From Alphaproteobacteria bacterium (GTDB taxonomy: Bacteria; Pseudomonadota; Alphaproteobacteria; RF32; CAG-239): DNA of 64,000 nucleotides. Location of the stretch: assembly GCA_017479985.1 (NCBI GenBank), contig JAFVBL010000021.1, positions 1,390 to 65,389 on the forward strand, given 5' to 3'. The position numbers and the translations under genes were made by a program. How positions within the stretch are numbered: the first letter of the stretch is position 1; each line of letters opens with the position of its first letter. This document shows, piece after piece, positions 31,840 through 42,467 of this stretch. The notes under the pieces are model-generated. The model had not been told where the DNA came from. It made no database searches and saw nothing but the letters and a program-made list of their open reading frames with translations.

Positions 31840-31921
31840 CGTTTTCACACTCCTTATAAAAATTATATAGGGAGCAATTTTTTCAAATGCAATCCGCAAG
31901 CACTTTTTTCAAAATTAAAAT

Positions 31922-34603
31922 TTATGCATATTGTTTTGTTTTTGAAGCAAATGTTTGTTTTTTCTTTATTTTCAGATTTTTAAACTTTGTCGGTACAACT
32001 TTCTTTTCTGCCGCATCAGATTTTTGCTCCACCATACGACGCGCCTTATCCATTTCTTCGCGCACCCCCGAATTATCATCAGCCTGCGGTGCCGACATAA
32101 TAACTTCTTTGGTAAAACCGCCGGAAAGTGACGATGTTTGCTCAGAATGTTCCATTTCTCTCGCCTGTGTTTCGCGTAAAGACATCACAATTTCCTTGGC
32201 CTTATTTTGCAACAAATCAACAGCCTGAGTTAAAAACAGAGAAACTTTGCCGGACGAAATATGCGGCAATGTTGCCAACGGCTGTGTATATTTCGTATTT
32301 ACATTCAAAATTCCCTGTTGTGTCGGAGTCGGTTCTGCTTTTTCGATGTTTAATTTTCGTTTGAGCGCCGCTTGCAAACGGAAAAACTTTCCGGCAAAAT
32401 CGCAATATTCACGCGGTGTTGATGCTTGTTCCATCTGTTTTTTCAAATTGGCGGCAGCCGTGCTTTCCATACTTGTATCAACAGGAATTTTATCTATTTC
32501 CCCTTCGACACGCTGTTGTGTTTGATTCAGCATATACGTATCGTATGCCTGACGATATTCTATTTTTTGCGCCTGTAATTTAACATTTTTCGACAATTCT
32601 GCCGGCTCAAAAACATAACTGTTTAAATCCGCCATCACCGTTATACCGTCTTTAGGCATAATAATCCCCATTACCGCGCGGTCAAAATACCCTTCGACTT
32701 TTCGCCCGTGTGTAATCATTCTGTCCCGATGGATATATTTGGTTCGACACGCCATATCTTTACCGAGATGCAGACGCCCCTTTTCATCCATAGCGTTTTC
32801 ATTGATATGCAACAGCTCATGCACATCTTTATTGATATATAAGATATCTTCATTTATCTTTGTAAAACTCTTTCCGGTCATACGCTCATAATACGAGATA
32901 TTGCTGAGAGGGAAAATATGATGCGCATTACAATCCTTATGCGACTTACCGTGTTGCATATATTCAATGGCGGCATCTTTTTCTTTTTGTGCTCTGTTTC
33001 TGATTGATTCGGCTATTTCCTGATTTGTTTTATGCTGTTTATGACCTTCAAGGGTCAGCGGCAAAGTATATTTCTTCTTAAAATAAGCAAACATTGTCTG
33101 TCGCAGCTCTTTTTCGTGTTTTGCTACCAGATTTTTGAGATATTTCTCTTTGTCCGATGCAATTTCCACACCGTTTTTATTGGCCATTGACTTATAATTT
33201 GTAATTTTGCGCCGATTGATTAAAAACGTAAGATCTTCATATTTCAGATTTGCAACCTCCTGCGGCGGAATTGACATCGCTTTCATTTGTGCAAGCAATG
33301 CCGTTTCCAAAGCCTGAAATTGCGGAATCTGTTTGCATATATTCCAAATTTTATTTTTTTTCAAATTCTTTTCATATTCTTCCGGTGTATAATCCGCCTT
33401 CAGAAAAGCATCTAACTGTTGTTGCTTTTCTTCACTCAGCCCCTGCCGTCCGACTAAATCGCGCATTTTCAAAACATCTCTGACTGCCGCAGAAAGTTGT
33501 TTTTCAGTCGGTTCCAAAATCATGCCGCTCCACGCCGCCCGCATTACTCTGGATTTTGTTTGATCAATTTCGCGCAATTCCAATGCCGTACGCTGAGTTT
33601 CATCTATTGTTGCAATCAACTTCTCTTTGGAAGGGTTTTCCATAAAATCTTTCAGCAATGCCGACATTTTTTGCGTCTCGCTCGGATTAAACTCCTCCAT
33701 ATTTTTACACAAATTAAGAAAAACAGGCAATTTTGTATTATAAAATTCCGGCGGTGTTTGCTCTTGTTGTAAATCCTTTTTCATAAAATAAAGATTATCA
33801 ACAAATTCCGCTTCGTACGGAGGTTCCTGACACCACACCATCCGCATTCCCAATCCGTCCAACGTATTGCTTACAACTTGTTGATTTCGCTCAAAATCGC
33901 CCGCATTGTCTGCTGTAATATTGGTCAGTGTCTCTATTTGCTTTTTCAATGTGTTACGATGTGCACGTGCTTTTTCTGCAGTCGATTGAAAGCTGTACAC
34001 GTGCTTATTTTCAGTCTTTTCTGCCAGATAATACTGCATTTTACGCAGCGCCCCAAACGAAACCTGATCAAATTTTTTGAAACGCTCGCGCTCTTGAAAA
34101 CTTGCATCATCATAAGTTTGTTGCCGTTCGTTATTCTGTAAGAAAGCATCGATTCTTTCAATAAAAGATTGCAATTTTGCCTGCGTTTTTTCATCAATAT
34201 CGCATTCTTTCGGATTTAAAATATCACCGGTCTTCGAATCTTTGGTATCAAACTCTATAAAATCAGCATTTACGACATAATTCTCACCGATATGCGGGAA
34301 TTCCTGACGCAAAAAATTCGGAAATTCCGCCGCCACATCTTGTCTTAATTGTACAATTTCCTGATTGTCCGGCTGTTTATTCTGCCATTTAAGCAATTCA
34401 CGATACACGGAGTTTAAAATATAGCAATAAGACACCTCCCTTGCAACCGGCTCTTCCGAATAATATGCCCCGTCACCGTTCTGCATATTGTTTTCGGCAG
34501 CACTTAAAACCTCGGCATATTTTTGCAACATCGGTGTATTCGCAAGCGCTTCTCCGATTTGCGGCGGCTTTTCTACAAACACATATCGATCATCTATTGC
34601 CAT
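31922..34603 (-). CDS. Large (893 aa) cytoplasmic hypothetical protein with a possible HNH-like His-rich motif
   Basis: No signal peptide; charged and partly coiled. Segment NAHHIFPLSN...NKDVHELLH resembles an HNH (HH...N...H..H) core; this is a weak by-eye call. Lies between the DEAD-like gene and clpB on the same strand. Confidence 0.6.
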   Translation of the reverse strand: MAIDDRYVFVEKPPQIGEALANTPMLQKYAEVLSAAENNMQNGDGAYYSEEPVAREVSYCYILNSVYRELLKWQNKQPDNQEIVQLRQDVAAEFPNFLRQEFPHIGENYVVNADFIEFDTKDSKTGDILNPKECDIDEKTQAKLQSFIERIDAFLQNNERQQTYDDASFQERERFKKFDQVSFGALRKMQYYLAEKTENKHVYSFQSTAEKARAHRNTLKKQIETLTNITADNAGDFERNQQVVSNTLDGLGMRMVWCQEPPYEAEFVDNLYFMKKDLQQEQTPPEFYNTKLPVFLNLCKNMEEFNPSETQKMSALLKDFMENPSKEKLIATIDETQRTALELREIDQTKSRVMRAAWSGMILEPTEKQLSAAVRDVLKMRDLVGRQGLSEEKQQQLDAFLKADYTPEEYEKNLKKNKIWNICKQIPQFQALETALLAQMKAMSIPPQEVANLKYEDLTFLINRRKITNYKSMANKNGVEIASDKEKYLKNLVAKHEKELRQTMFAYFKKKYTLPLTLEGHKQHKTNQEIAESIRNRAQKEKDAAIEYMQHGKSHKDCNAHHIFPLSNISYYERMTGKSFTKINEDILYINKDVHELLHINENAMDEKGRLHLGKDMACRTKYIHRDRMITHGRKVEGYFDRAVMGIIMPKDGITVMADLNSYVFEPAELSKNVKLQAQKIEYRQAYDTYMLNQTQQRVEGEIDKIPVDTSMESTAAANLKKQMEQASTPREYCDFAGKFFRLQAALKRKLNIEKAEPTPTQQGILNVNTKYTQPLATLPHISSGKVSLFLTQAVDLLQNKAKEIVMSLRETQAREMEHSEQTSSLSGGFTKEVIMSAPQADDNSGVREEMDKARRMVEQKSDAAEKKVVPTKFKNLKIKKKQTFASKTKQYA

Positions 34604-34683
34604 ATTTTACCATCCTTTATTATACAACAGTATAACAAAACATTTTCCGATTGTCCAGTATTTTTTGTCGATTTTTTACAAAT

Positions 34684-34718
34684 AACTCGTCTTCCTGTAA
34701 ATTGCAAGAAGACGAGTT
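34684..34718 (-). terminator. Perfect 11-bp stem-loop downstream of the DEAD-like gene (candidate terminator or attenuator)
   Basis: aactcgtcttc-ctgtaaattgcaa-gaagacgagtt; downstream U-tract on the minus strand is weak (auuugu). Confidence 0.3.
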
Positions 34719-34744
34719 GTTAATGTGAATAAGCGACAGTTGTT

Positions 34745-35680
34745 TCAGTCACCTTCCGCCAATTCAACCGCCGTCAGCAAAAACGCCGGTGTATTACGAC
34801 CGAATGTATGATATTTTTTAACCAGATTCAACGCTTCGGCATCTTTACTGCTTTCACGCCGCGATAATGTACGTTTTGCATCATTTTGCAGCGATTTTGC
34901 CTGTTTATTCGCCTTACCTTTTTCCTCTTTTACCATCGAAGACTGCAAATGTTCTTGCTGAACCGAACTTTGCGCTTTTTCATCCGACAATACTGCTTTC
35001 TCCGCCAAATCGGCATTCTTTTCGGCATTTGATACATTTCCATTGCCGACATTGTCTTCACGCACAACTTCTTCCTCGTTTTTATTGATTTTTATTTCTT
35101 CCGGTGTTTGCAAGATTTTATCCAAGATTGACTGCGTTTCTTTTGACCGACGGTTGGTAAAGACAATATTCTGCTTATCCGCCGGCAAAACCGCCAAAAT
35201 CTTTTCCAATTTTTCCAACTGATGCGTCTTTTTAATCAGGTTAATATCGTCCACCACCAAAATATCAATCTGTGATAAATCAATTTTATCTTCATCAAGC
35301 AAGTCCGAAAGCAAATTCGGTGAGGCAATAATCACATTAGCCTCCTGTTCAAAGCTCTCTTCGGATTCCGCAACATCTTCTGCCGAAATTTCGTGATATT
35401 TGTTAAATACGGCGAATCTGTCCGAAACAGCAACAGAAGCCTGAGAACCTGACGTAATAATCAAAATATTGCGTGCTTTTTTCTGCGCCATAATTTCAAT
35501 CAGCGGAAACACATAAGCACACGTTTTACCGCATTTAATCGGTGCAATCGTAAACACATCTTTGCCTGCCAATACGGCCGGAATGACATCGGCCTGCACC
35601 GTTGTCGGTTCTTTTATGCCGGCCTCCTCGATTGCTTGAATTGTCTTATCACTTAAACCCAAATCTCTGAAATTCATCAT
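34745..35680 (-). CDS. Truncated or degenerate DEAD-box helicase-like protein (RecA-like domain 1 only) with a K/E-rich low-complexity tail
   Basis: Q-motif region GIKEPTTVQ. Motif I degenerate (APIKCGKT instead of AxTGSGKT). Ib-like ASPNLL. Motif II VDDI instead of DEAD. Motif III FTN instead of SAT. No helicase domain 2. Starts 6 nt after the ftsH stop. Confidence 0.65.
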   Translation of the reverse strand: MMNFRDLGLSDKTIQAIEEAGIKEPTTVQADVIPAVLAGKDVFTIAPIKCGKTCAYVFPLIEIMAQKKARNILIITSGSQASVAVSDRFAVFNKYHEISAEDVAESEESFEQEANVIIASPNLLSDLLDEDKIDLSQIDILVVDDINLIKKTHQLEKLEKILAVLPADKQNIVFTNRRSKETQSILDKILQTPEEIKINKNEEEVVREDNVGNGNVSNAEKNADLAEKAVLSDEKAQSSVQQEHLQSSMVKEEKGKANKQAKSLQNDAKRTLSRRESSKDAEALNLVKKYHTFGRNTPAFLLTAVELAEGD

Positions 35681-35686
35681 TTTCCC

Positions 35687-37552
35687 CTATACTTCCGGTA
35701 ATGAAACTTTGGTTTGCTTTTCCGGCGGAACCGGCATATATTCGGCACGATTAAGCGGTTTTCCGGCAACAACATCTCTTATTTCATCGCCGGTCAACGT
35801 TTCATATTCCATCAATGCCTGAGCCAAAGCCTCAAGTTCATTATCATATTGTTGTAAAATATCTGTAGCTTGTTTATGAGCTTCGGTTAACAACCGCTTT
35901 ATTTCAGCATCAACCAACCGAGCTGTTTCTTCACTCATATTTTTGTTTTGTGTCACGGCGCGTCCCAAAAACACCTCATTGGAGTTTTCGGCATACAACA
36001 CCGGTCCCAAAACATCGCTCATTCCCCATTCGGTCACCATTGAACGCGCCAAATTCGTTGCTGACAGAATATCACCCGATGCCCCTGATGTTACTTTATC
36101 ATAACCAAACTTCAGCTCTTCACTGGCACGACCGCCCATACAAATCGTCAACCGCGACAACATTTTTGCCCGCGTATACGAATACTGGTCTTTTTCCGGC
36201 AGTTGCTGCACCATACCGAGAGCCCGACCGCGCGGAATAATCGTCGCCTTATGAATCGGATCCGTTTCCGGCACATGTAACGAACATATTGCGTGTCCGG
36301 CCTCGTGATATGCCGTCAGTTTTTTTTCTTCTTCGTCCATTGCCATAGATTTACGTTCATTCCCCATCAAAACCTTATCTTTGGCATTATCAAAATCCGC
36401 AGCCGTAACTTTACGTTTATTGCGCCGCGCAGCCAGCAATGCCGCTTCGTTCACCAAATTAGCCAAATCCGCACCGGAAAACCCTGGTGTTCCGCGCGCC
36501 ACAACTTTCAAATTAACATCTTTGGCCAACGGCACTTTACGCACATGCACTTTCAAAATATCTTCACGCCCTTTTACATCGGGATTATTGACCACCACCT
36601 GACGGTCAAAACGCCCCGGACGCAACAGTGCCGGATCCAACACATCGGGGCGATTGGTTGCCGCAATCAAAATCACATTTTCGTTTGGCTCAAAACCATC
36701 CATTTCAACAAGCAATTGGTTTAAGGTTTGCTCGCGCTCATCATTTCCGCCGCCCAAACCGGCACCGCGATGACGACCGACCGCATCAATTTCATCAATA
36801 AATAGAATACACGGCGAATTTTTCTTTGCCTGCTCAAACATATCGCGTACTCTTGAAGCACCGACTCCGACAAACATTTCCACAAAATCCGACCCCGAAA
36901 TCGAGAAAAACGGTACATCTGCCTCACCGGCCACCGCTTTAGCCAACAAAGTTTTACCCGTCCCCGGAGGGCCGACAAGCAACACACCCTTCGGAATTTT
37001 ACCGCCCAAACGCTGAAACTTCATCGGTTCTTTCAAAAAATCAATAATTTCTTCCAATTCCTGTTTGGATTCATCTGCACCGGCAACATCTTGAAATGTC
37101 ACCTTTTTATTATTTTCAATCAGTCGTGCACGTGATTTTCCGAAACTCAGAGCCTTATTATTGCCGGCATTTGCCTGCCGCATAAAGAAAATCCACACAC
37201 CGACCAACAAAATCATCGGAAACCACGAAATAATGATGCTCCACAGCGTTTCACCCGATGTATCCTGAGGTTTGGCATCGATTTTGACGCCGTTTTCCAA
37301 AAGTGTGTCCACCGTGGTCGGACTATACGGCGCATAAGTCACAAATTTTTTACCGTCCGTTGTCTGACCGGAAATTTCACCACCGCTGATAGAAACATTT
37401 GACACGCGTTTTTCTTTAACGTTATTCATAAACTCAGAAAAGGCTACATCTTCGGCGCCGGCACGCAGTGTCCGATTTTCCGACATTCCGAAAAATGCCG
37501 TCAGCACCAACAAAATAATCACCCAAATCAGAGCATTTTTACCGAATTTCAT
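35687..37552 (-). CDS. ftsH: ATP-dependent zinc metalloprotease FtsH
   Basis: N-terminal TM segment, AAA+ GPPGTGKT, second region of homology, and HEAGH zinc motif. Confidence 0.95.
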   Translation of the reverse strand: MKFGKNALIWVIILLVLTAFFGMSENRTLRAGAEDVAFSEFMNNVKEKRVSNVSISGGEISGQTTDGKKFVTYAPYSPTTVDTLLENGVKIDAKPQDTSGETLWSIIISWFPMILLVGVWIFFMRQANAGNNKALSFGKSRARLIENNKKVTFQDVAGADESKQELEEIIDFLKEPMKFQRLGGKIPKGVLLVGPPGTGKTLLAKAVAGEADVPFFSISGSDFVEMFVGVGASRVRDMFEQAKKNSPCILFIDEIDAVGRHRGAGLGGGNDEREQTLNQLLVEMDGFEPNENVILIAATNRPDVLDPALLRPGRFDRQVVVNNPDVKGREDILKVHVRKVPLAKDVNLKVVARGTPGFSGADLANLVNEAALLAARRNKRKVTAADFDNAKDKVLMGNERKSMAMDEEEKKLTAYHEAGHAICSLHVPETDPIHKATIIPRGRALGMVQQLPEKDQYSYTRAKMLSRLTICMGGRASEELKFGYDKVTSGASGDILSATNLARSMVTEWGMSDVLGPVLYAENSNEVFLGRAVTQNKNMSEETARLVDAEIKRLLTEAHKQATDILQQYDNELEALAQALMEYETLTGDEIRDVVAGKPLNRAEYMPVPPEKQTKVSLPEV

Positions 37553-37940
37553 TTATTTTTCCCATTATCTAAATACTATATTTAAGTAGTCACGATTAAC
37601 GGTATATTAAGGGGTAATTTTTTAAAATACAAGTGTTTTTGCCGACTTTTAGACTGCCTTTTTTATCTTTGCGCACTCAGAATCTTTTTTGAACGGACAA
37701 CTCAATCAACGATTTATGATAACCGCGCTGCCATATATTCGAATCTTTATCCGTATATATAAGTTAATGCCGGCACAAAACCACCGAATTCCAACTTGCG
37801 GTTAGACAGCGACACGGCATAGCGTTGTGTAACATCGCGTTCTTTTTTTTGTGTAAACTCATAATTTTCAACCTTATCTCTGTCGTTGAATTTAAGATTA
37901 TATTTATCAGTAATTGCAAAATTTAACCATAACAAAATAT

Positions 37941-37975
37941 CCCCCTCTGTAGCGTTTCCACGCTACAAAGGGGAA
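37941..37975 (-). terminator. Rho-independent terminator after the small membrane protein gene
   Basis: cccctctgtagcg-tttcca-cgctacaaagggg hairpin, followed on the minus strand by atattttgtt. Confidence 0.5.
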
Positions 37976-37997
37976 TAATCAAAAATCTCAAAAAAGT

Positions 37998-38180
37998 TCA
38001 ATTCAAATGTCGGCGCATCTTTTCTCTGACTTCGGCATCGTGTTTCTTAATCTCACGCTCGGCATTTTTTTCACCGCGCCAACAGAAAAAGATGCCGATG
38101 CTCCCGCCTATGCCCACAGTCGTCACAAACAGCAAGATAAACAATCCGACAAATTTGCCGATTTCAATCAGGACATCCAT
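37998..38180 (-). CDS. Small hydrophobic protein (60 aa), hypothetical
   Basis: One predicted TM helix (FVGLFILLFVTTVGIGGSIGIFF) and a terminator downstream. Confidence 0.35.
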   Translation of the reverse strand: MDVLIEIGKFVGLFILLFVTTVGIGGSIGIFFCWRGEKNAEREIKKHDAEVREKMRRHLN

Positions 38181-38198
38181 ACGTCATCGAGTTTTTGC

Positions 38199-38531
38199 TT
38201 ACACCAAATGTTTCACATACTCTTTGGCATCAACCACCGACAGGCTGTGTCCGATTAAACCTATACTGTATGAAAGCTCTCCGTTTGGACTTTCACACAC
38301 AAAAATCGACATCTGATCGCCGCGGGCAACAGTCTTTTCTTTTGCCAAAACACCCAATTCTTTAATGTTAAGCACAAAGCGCATACGTCTTGCCGGCATC
38401 ACCGTTTCTTCTCTGCCGTCGGGGAGTTTCTGTTCCTGCGACACATCAAGATAAATCACCGCGGTTTCTTCTTCGCAGTTCGGAATAAAGTAGAACGTAT
38501 CCACTGTTCCTGTAAATTTAATTTTTTTCAT
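38199..38531 (-). CDS. Hypothetical protein (110 aa)
   Basis: ORF with MKKIKFTG start; no recognisable motif. Confidence 0.45.
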   Translation of the reverse strand: MKKIKFTGTVDTFYFIPNCEEETAVIYLDVSQEQKLPDGREETVMPARRMRFVLNIKELGVLAKEKTVARGDQMSIFVCESPNGELSYSIGLIGHSLSVVDAKEYVKHLV

Positions 38532-38680
38532 CTGCTTAATTATTTAATAAATGATACATATTGCTCTAATTATAATCTAAAACAGATTGATGATATAAAA
38601 AAATTACTCTAAAGTCAAGTTTTATGCATAAAAAAACGAAACGCCTTAACCCTATAAGGATTAAAGCGTTTTGTTTGATT

Positions 38681-39583
38681 TCAATTCAAAAACAAACGAA
38701 TTTGCCCCAAAAGTCCCGAATGTGCCAATAAAAATTCGGAACACTGTGAAATATGCCTGTTTTTAAAAGCCTGCTCTTTCAGGTATTTCTGATTCTCTTT
38801 ATCCGAGCAATGCGTCCATAAATCTTCCCAATCAACTTTGTCCGGATACTCGGTCAAAAATTTGGGATGGAAACTGTGATTTTTGACAAACACATCGAAT
38901 TGCTGATGTTCCAACAATATATTGTAACGTCTGGAATTGTAGAGTTCATCAATCAGCCCTTTTTGCAGACAATATTCTTCAATTTCCGCACGCGGCAGAA
39001 GTCCGCAGAAACTTCCTCGCTCCAACACCCAATCAGCCAGTCCCTGATCAATCAGATATTTCCAACCGTCTTGATGTTGCACAATATCAAAATACCATTT
39101 TTTGGCCAAACAAAAAGGTGCATATTTTGCAAAATCCACCTTAAGCAATGAGGGATACAGCTCCATTTCTTCGGCAATCTGCGGGGCATTTTGCGCAATC
39201 AAATCAAACCGTTTGCGGTTTTTCAGAACTTGCCACAGCTCAAACCGCACACAATCTTCATCGCTCGGCCAATCCGACGGCAAACCGTCTTGAAATTCCG
39301 GCAGAATAGCCGCCAAATCGGCATCTTCAAAATAGCCTTGAATCCATCTGGGCACATCATCAGAGTCATACACCTCAGCCAGAAGCAACACCTCTTTGAT
39401 AACCGCATCGCTGTAGCCGAAGAACACCATACTTGTCAGCATAAACGCACTGAGCGGCATACCGTCGCGCAAAAGCTGCTTTAATCGCCCGATTTCGGAA
39501 TTTTCGATACAGAACCACGCAATCATATCGTTCTGGTTATCCGAATTGAGTGCGATAATACCTTTAAAATCTTTCATAAGCAA
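38681..39583 (-). CDS. Hypothetical protein (300 aa), Trp/acidic-rich
   Basis: Long ORF, no recognisable domain. Confidence 0.5.
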   Translation of the reverse strand: MLMKDFKGIIALNSDNQNDMIAWFCIENSEIGRLKQLLRDGMPLSAFMLTSMVFFGYSDAVIKEVLLLAEVYDSDDVPRWIQGYFEDADLAAILPEFQDGLPSDWPSDEDCVRFELWQVLKNRKRFDLIAQNAPQIAEEMELYPSLLKVDFAKYAPFCLAKKWYFDIVQHQDGWKYLIDQGLADWVLERGSFCGLLPRAEIEEYCLQKGLIDELYNSRRYNILLEHQQFDVFVKNHSFHPKFLTEYPDKVDWEDLWTHCSDKENQKYLKEQAFKNRHISQCSEFLLAHSGLLGQIRLFLN

Positions 39584-39693
39584 TAATTGTTAAAATCAGT
39601 AATATTTTGATATAATTATAATCTTTCGTGATTATCAACTTATACTTTCCGCACCCAAAAGTCAAGAAATTTTATATCAACCGTTGAGAAAAC

Positions 39694-39721
39694 TTGACAA
39701 CTGTTCTTGTTTTGCTATAAG
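39694..39721 (+). promoter_or_regulatory. Candidate promoter (TTGACA, 16 nt, TATAAG) for the PHP-domain gene
   Basis: TTGACA at 39694-39699 and TATAAG at 39716-39721, followed by GGAGG and a GTG start at 39740. Confidence 0.35.
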
Positions 39722-39739
39722 ATTTCTTTGGAGGATAAA

Positions 39740-40606
39740 GTGCAAAGATTTTCACTGCATACACATACATCGGGATTCGACGGTGAAAATACCGAAGAAG
39801 AAATGCTCCAGCAAGCGGTATCTTTCGGGTGGACGCATCTCGGCTTTTCAAACCACTTTATTGTGCACCCGCACATTAAAGATGCACCGATGTATCAATA
39901 TGCCTTAAAAGGCGGTTATCATAATATTTATTCTTCATCGTTTGACGAAGCAATCGCCAAATTTGCACCGCACTATCAAAAAATAGATGATTTGCGCCGT
40001 CAAACCGGTCTTAAAATTCTGAAAGGTATGGAGGTTGATTTCTTTGCTGCTCCCGAATGGCGCAAAGGTTTCGAACATACTTTGAATATTTTGAAACCGG
40101 ACTATCTCATCGGCTCAGCTCATTTTATCGAATATAAAGATACGCTCTATAACTCTCACGACGTCAAAAACGCCTCTGTCATTGAACAAAATATGCTGTT
40201 GCACCGCTATTGGCAAAACGAACGCGCTGCGGCAAGTTCCGGTTTATTCGATATTATGGCGCACTTGGATTTAATGAAAAAAGTCGGCTTGGGATTGGAG
40301 GAAAAATGGCTCGAAGAAGAACAAAAAACCGTAACTGCAATCCGGAAATCAGGTGTTAAAGTCGAACTTAATACAAGCTATTTCAAATTCGGCAACGAAC
40401 CATATCCGAGTCCGCGTATTATGCGCTTATTGGCAGCAGCAAAAGTTCCTGTTTTGTTAAGCGATGACGCACACGCCGCCGCCCAACTCGGCGGACATTT
40501 TGCCCAAACAGCCGAACTCGCTCACACTTGCGGTCTTTCTTTGCAAAATGAACCGAGATATCCTGCAACCGCGCTGTTTTTTCAAACATCACAGAAAAGA
40601 TATTGA
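39740..40606 (+). CDS. PHP-domain phosphoesterase (histidinol-phosphatase family)
   Basis: HTHTSGFDG (HxH), then downstream His/Glu/Asp metal ligands (NHF, EVDF, SAHF, AHLD, DDAH). GTG start with a GGAGG SD. Confidence 0.7.
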   Translation: MQRFSLHTHTSGFDGENTEEEMLQQAVSFGWTHLGFSNHFIVHPHIKDAPMYQYALKGGYHNIYSSSFDEAIAKFAPHYQKIDDLRRQTGLKILKGMEVDFFAAPEWRKGFEHTLNILKPDYLIGSAHFIEYKDTLYNSHDVKNASVIEQNMLLHRYWQNERAAASSGLFDIMAHLDLMKKVGLGLEEKWLEEEQKTVTAIRKSGVKVELNTSYFKFGNEPYPSPRIMRLLAAAKVPVLLSDDAHAAAQLGGHFAQTAELAHTCGLSLQNEPRYPATALFFQTSQKRY

Positions 40607-40858
40607 CAAAAATCTAAACTCATATTAAACTGACTATGTTTTACGAGTAATTATATTCTATAGTTTTGATTTATTATTATCCGATTAGGGCTTTGGCACT
40701 ATAGGGTGATACAAAAGGTATTTCAGAATTGGTTTTGATTATGTTCGGAGCAGATTGTCTGTCTGGTAACTGCTTCGTGCAGGTATCAAGTTCCCCCAGA
40801 CAATCTTAACAACTTTTGCCTACGAGGAACTGGGCGAGCCTCTCAAATTTTTTATATT

Positions 40859-42235
40859 ATGGCTACAAATGATTCAAAGTCATTTTTTGACTTACCTGTG
40901 ACAACACAACTTTTCTATTTGATTGGATTTCTGTGGACAGTGCAGTTACTTCTGATTTTCAACCCTCTCACGCTTTTCGTGCTGAATATCTTCAAGCCCC
41001 GCTGGGCAAGGAACGTGGCACATTGGAATGAGCTTTACGGAGAGAGTTGGCAGAAGTTCTTTGAGCGACAGGCCAAGAAATGGCCGTGGCACTGGGCAAA
41101 ATGGTGGCACACCTGCGAGGAGATAGGCTGTATGGCTGAAGAGAAGCAGTTGGATTACTACTACAATGTCAGTCACTCAATCAAAACTCTCAACGTGATG
41201 TCTATCAGTACTTCCGCAAAGGTTATAGGCAAAGATTTTGAAGGGTTCAAAGGGTATATGGCAACTGTCAACACTCTAAATGCGATGTCTGTTGCCATTT
41301 CCGCTAAGGATGCATATATCAACATAAGCTGCAATCTTTTTTGCGCCTTTATCCGTGCAAGCATTGAAAAAGACGATATGTCAGCTCTGGGGGATTACCT
41401 CAAGCGCGGAACGCTTCCGAAAGATCAGGTTATGATTTTATCGGAGTATGCTAGACAAAGTACTACGGGCGTTTACCGCAACACTTGGTTAGCGTTGGTT
41501 TTCTACGACTACGTTGAGCGTTGCGGTCTCGGCAAGGATTTACTCAAAAACATCTTAGAGCGTCCAAGTTCTGCCAAATTCAAGGAAGAAGTTGAGAAGC
41601 GTCAGAACATCTACAGTCAGCGTGTGTTTACCAAATCACAGCGCGGCACTAAGCAGACCGATGCATGGCTGCATTTCTGCGGAAAGACCGAGGAAATCTG
41701 CCCACAGGCGCAGATGGAAATGGGACTTGACCAGTATCATGTCTTTCACAAGACCGGCCACACGCTTGATGCCGAGGCAATCCTACACATCTTGAGCCAC
41801 AATTCTGACCGGACAATGGCGCAGTTGATTTTCAAGTATGAGCCGAACTTCGGAATCGCCAATGATGAGGTCAAGGAGTTGATTGATAAGAAGCCGGAGC
41901 TGAAGAGTATCTTCAATGACGCCAATATCGCTTTGATTGAGAAGGATCTGGAACAGCGTATTTGTAACCGTGAAGAGTTGACCGAAGAGCAGATAAACAA
42001 AATGTTTGACTGTCCGAATGCCGGTCAGTTGGTCATTGATTACATCGGTTTTTATCCGTTGCCGCAGAAGTTCCACAAGCGTATGTTGGAATTGGAAACT
42101 GCCGACGGGGTTCTCGGGTACTACCTTATGCAGAGTTGGTTCTCTGAAGATTACAAGCTTGATGCAGACGTTCTTGAAGAATGCAAAAAGCGTGGCCTTC
42201 GTCTTGAACCGGATCCCAAATGGGACGACGATTAA
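40859..42235 (+). CDS. Hypothetical protein (458 aa) with an N-terminal hydrophobic segment; noticeably higher GC than its neighbours
   Basis: N-terminal LFYLIGFLWTVQLLLIFNPLTLFVLNIF and a W-rich WPWHWAKWWH segment. Codon usage is C/G-rich (ctc, cag, ggc) relative to flanking genes; this is a by-eye estimate. Confidence 0.55.
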   Translation: MATNDSKSFFDLPVTTQLFYLIGFLWTVQLLLIFNPLTLFVLNIFKPRWARNVAHWNELYGESWQKFFERQAKKWPWHWAKWWHTCEEIGCMAEEKQLDYYYNVSHSIKTLNVMSISTSAKVIGKDFEGFKGYMATVNTLNAMSVAISAKDAYINISCNLFCAFIRASIEKDDMSALGDYLKRGTLPKDQVMILSEYARQSTTGVYRNTWLALVFYDYVERCGLGKDLLKNILERPSSAKFKEEVEKRQNIYSQRVFTKSQRGTKQTDAWLHFCGKTEEICPQAQMEMGLDQYHVFHKTGHTLDAEAILHILSHNSDRTMAQLIFKYEPNFGIANDEVKELIDKKPELKSIFNDANIALIEKDLEQRICNREELTEEQINKMFDCPNAGQLVIDYIGFYPLPQKFHKRMLELETADGVLGYYLMQSWFSEDYKLDADVLEECKKRGLRLEPDPKWDDD

Positions 42236-42467
42236 CCCTAATCAAACACAAAAGCTGTCGGCGTAAAATCCGGCGGCTTTTTTGTATGTTCAAATCATTA
42301 TCCCTGATTCAACAGATTTTTATAAAAAAATTATTAGAACATACTCAAAGAAATAGGTAAAACATCTTTATACAAGCAAAGATTTTATATTGAAAGATAT
42401 ACTCAATCAAGCCAGATATGACAAGATAGAACTTGCCCCTTTGAGGGAGTGCATCTGATTAAAAGTT

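Noticed and set aside
42250-42285. Possible terminator after the 458-aa gene (aaaagc...gcttttttg)
   Set aside because: Only the outer 6 bp pair cleanly; the inner GC-rich segments are not complementary, so I could not support a stable hairpin.
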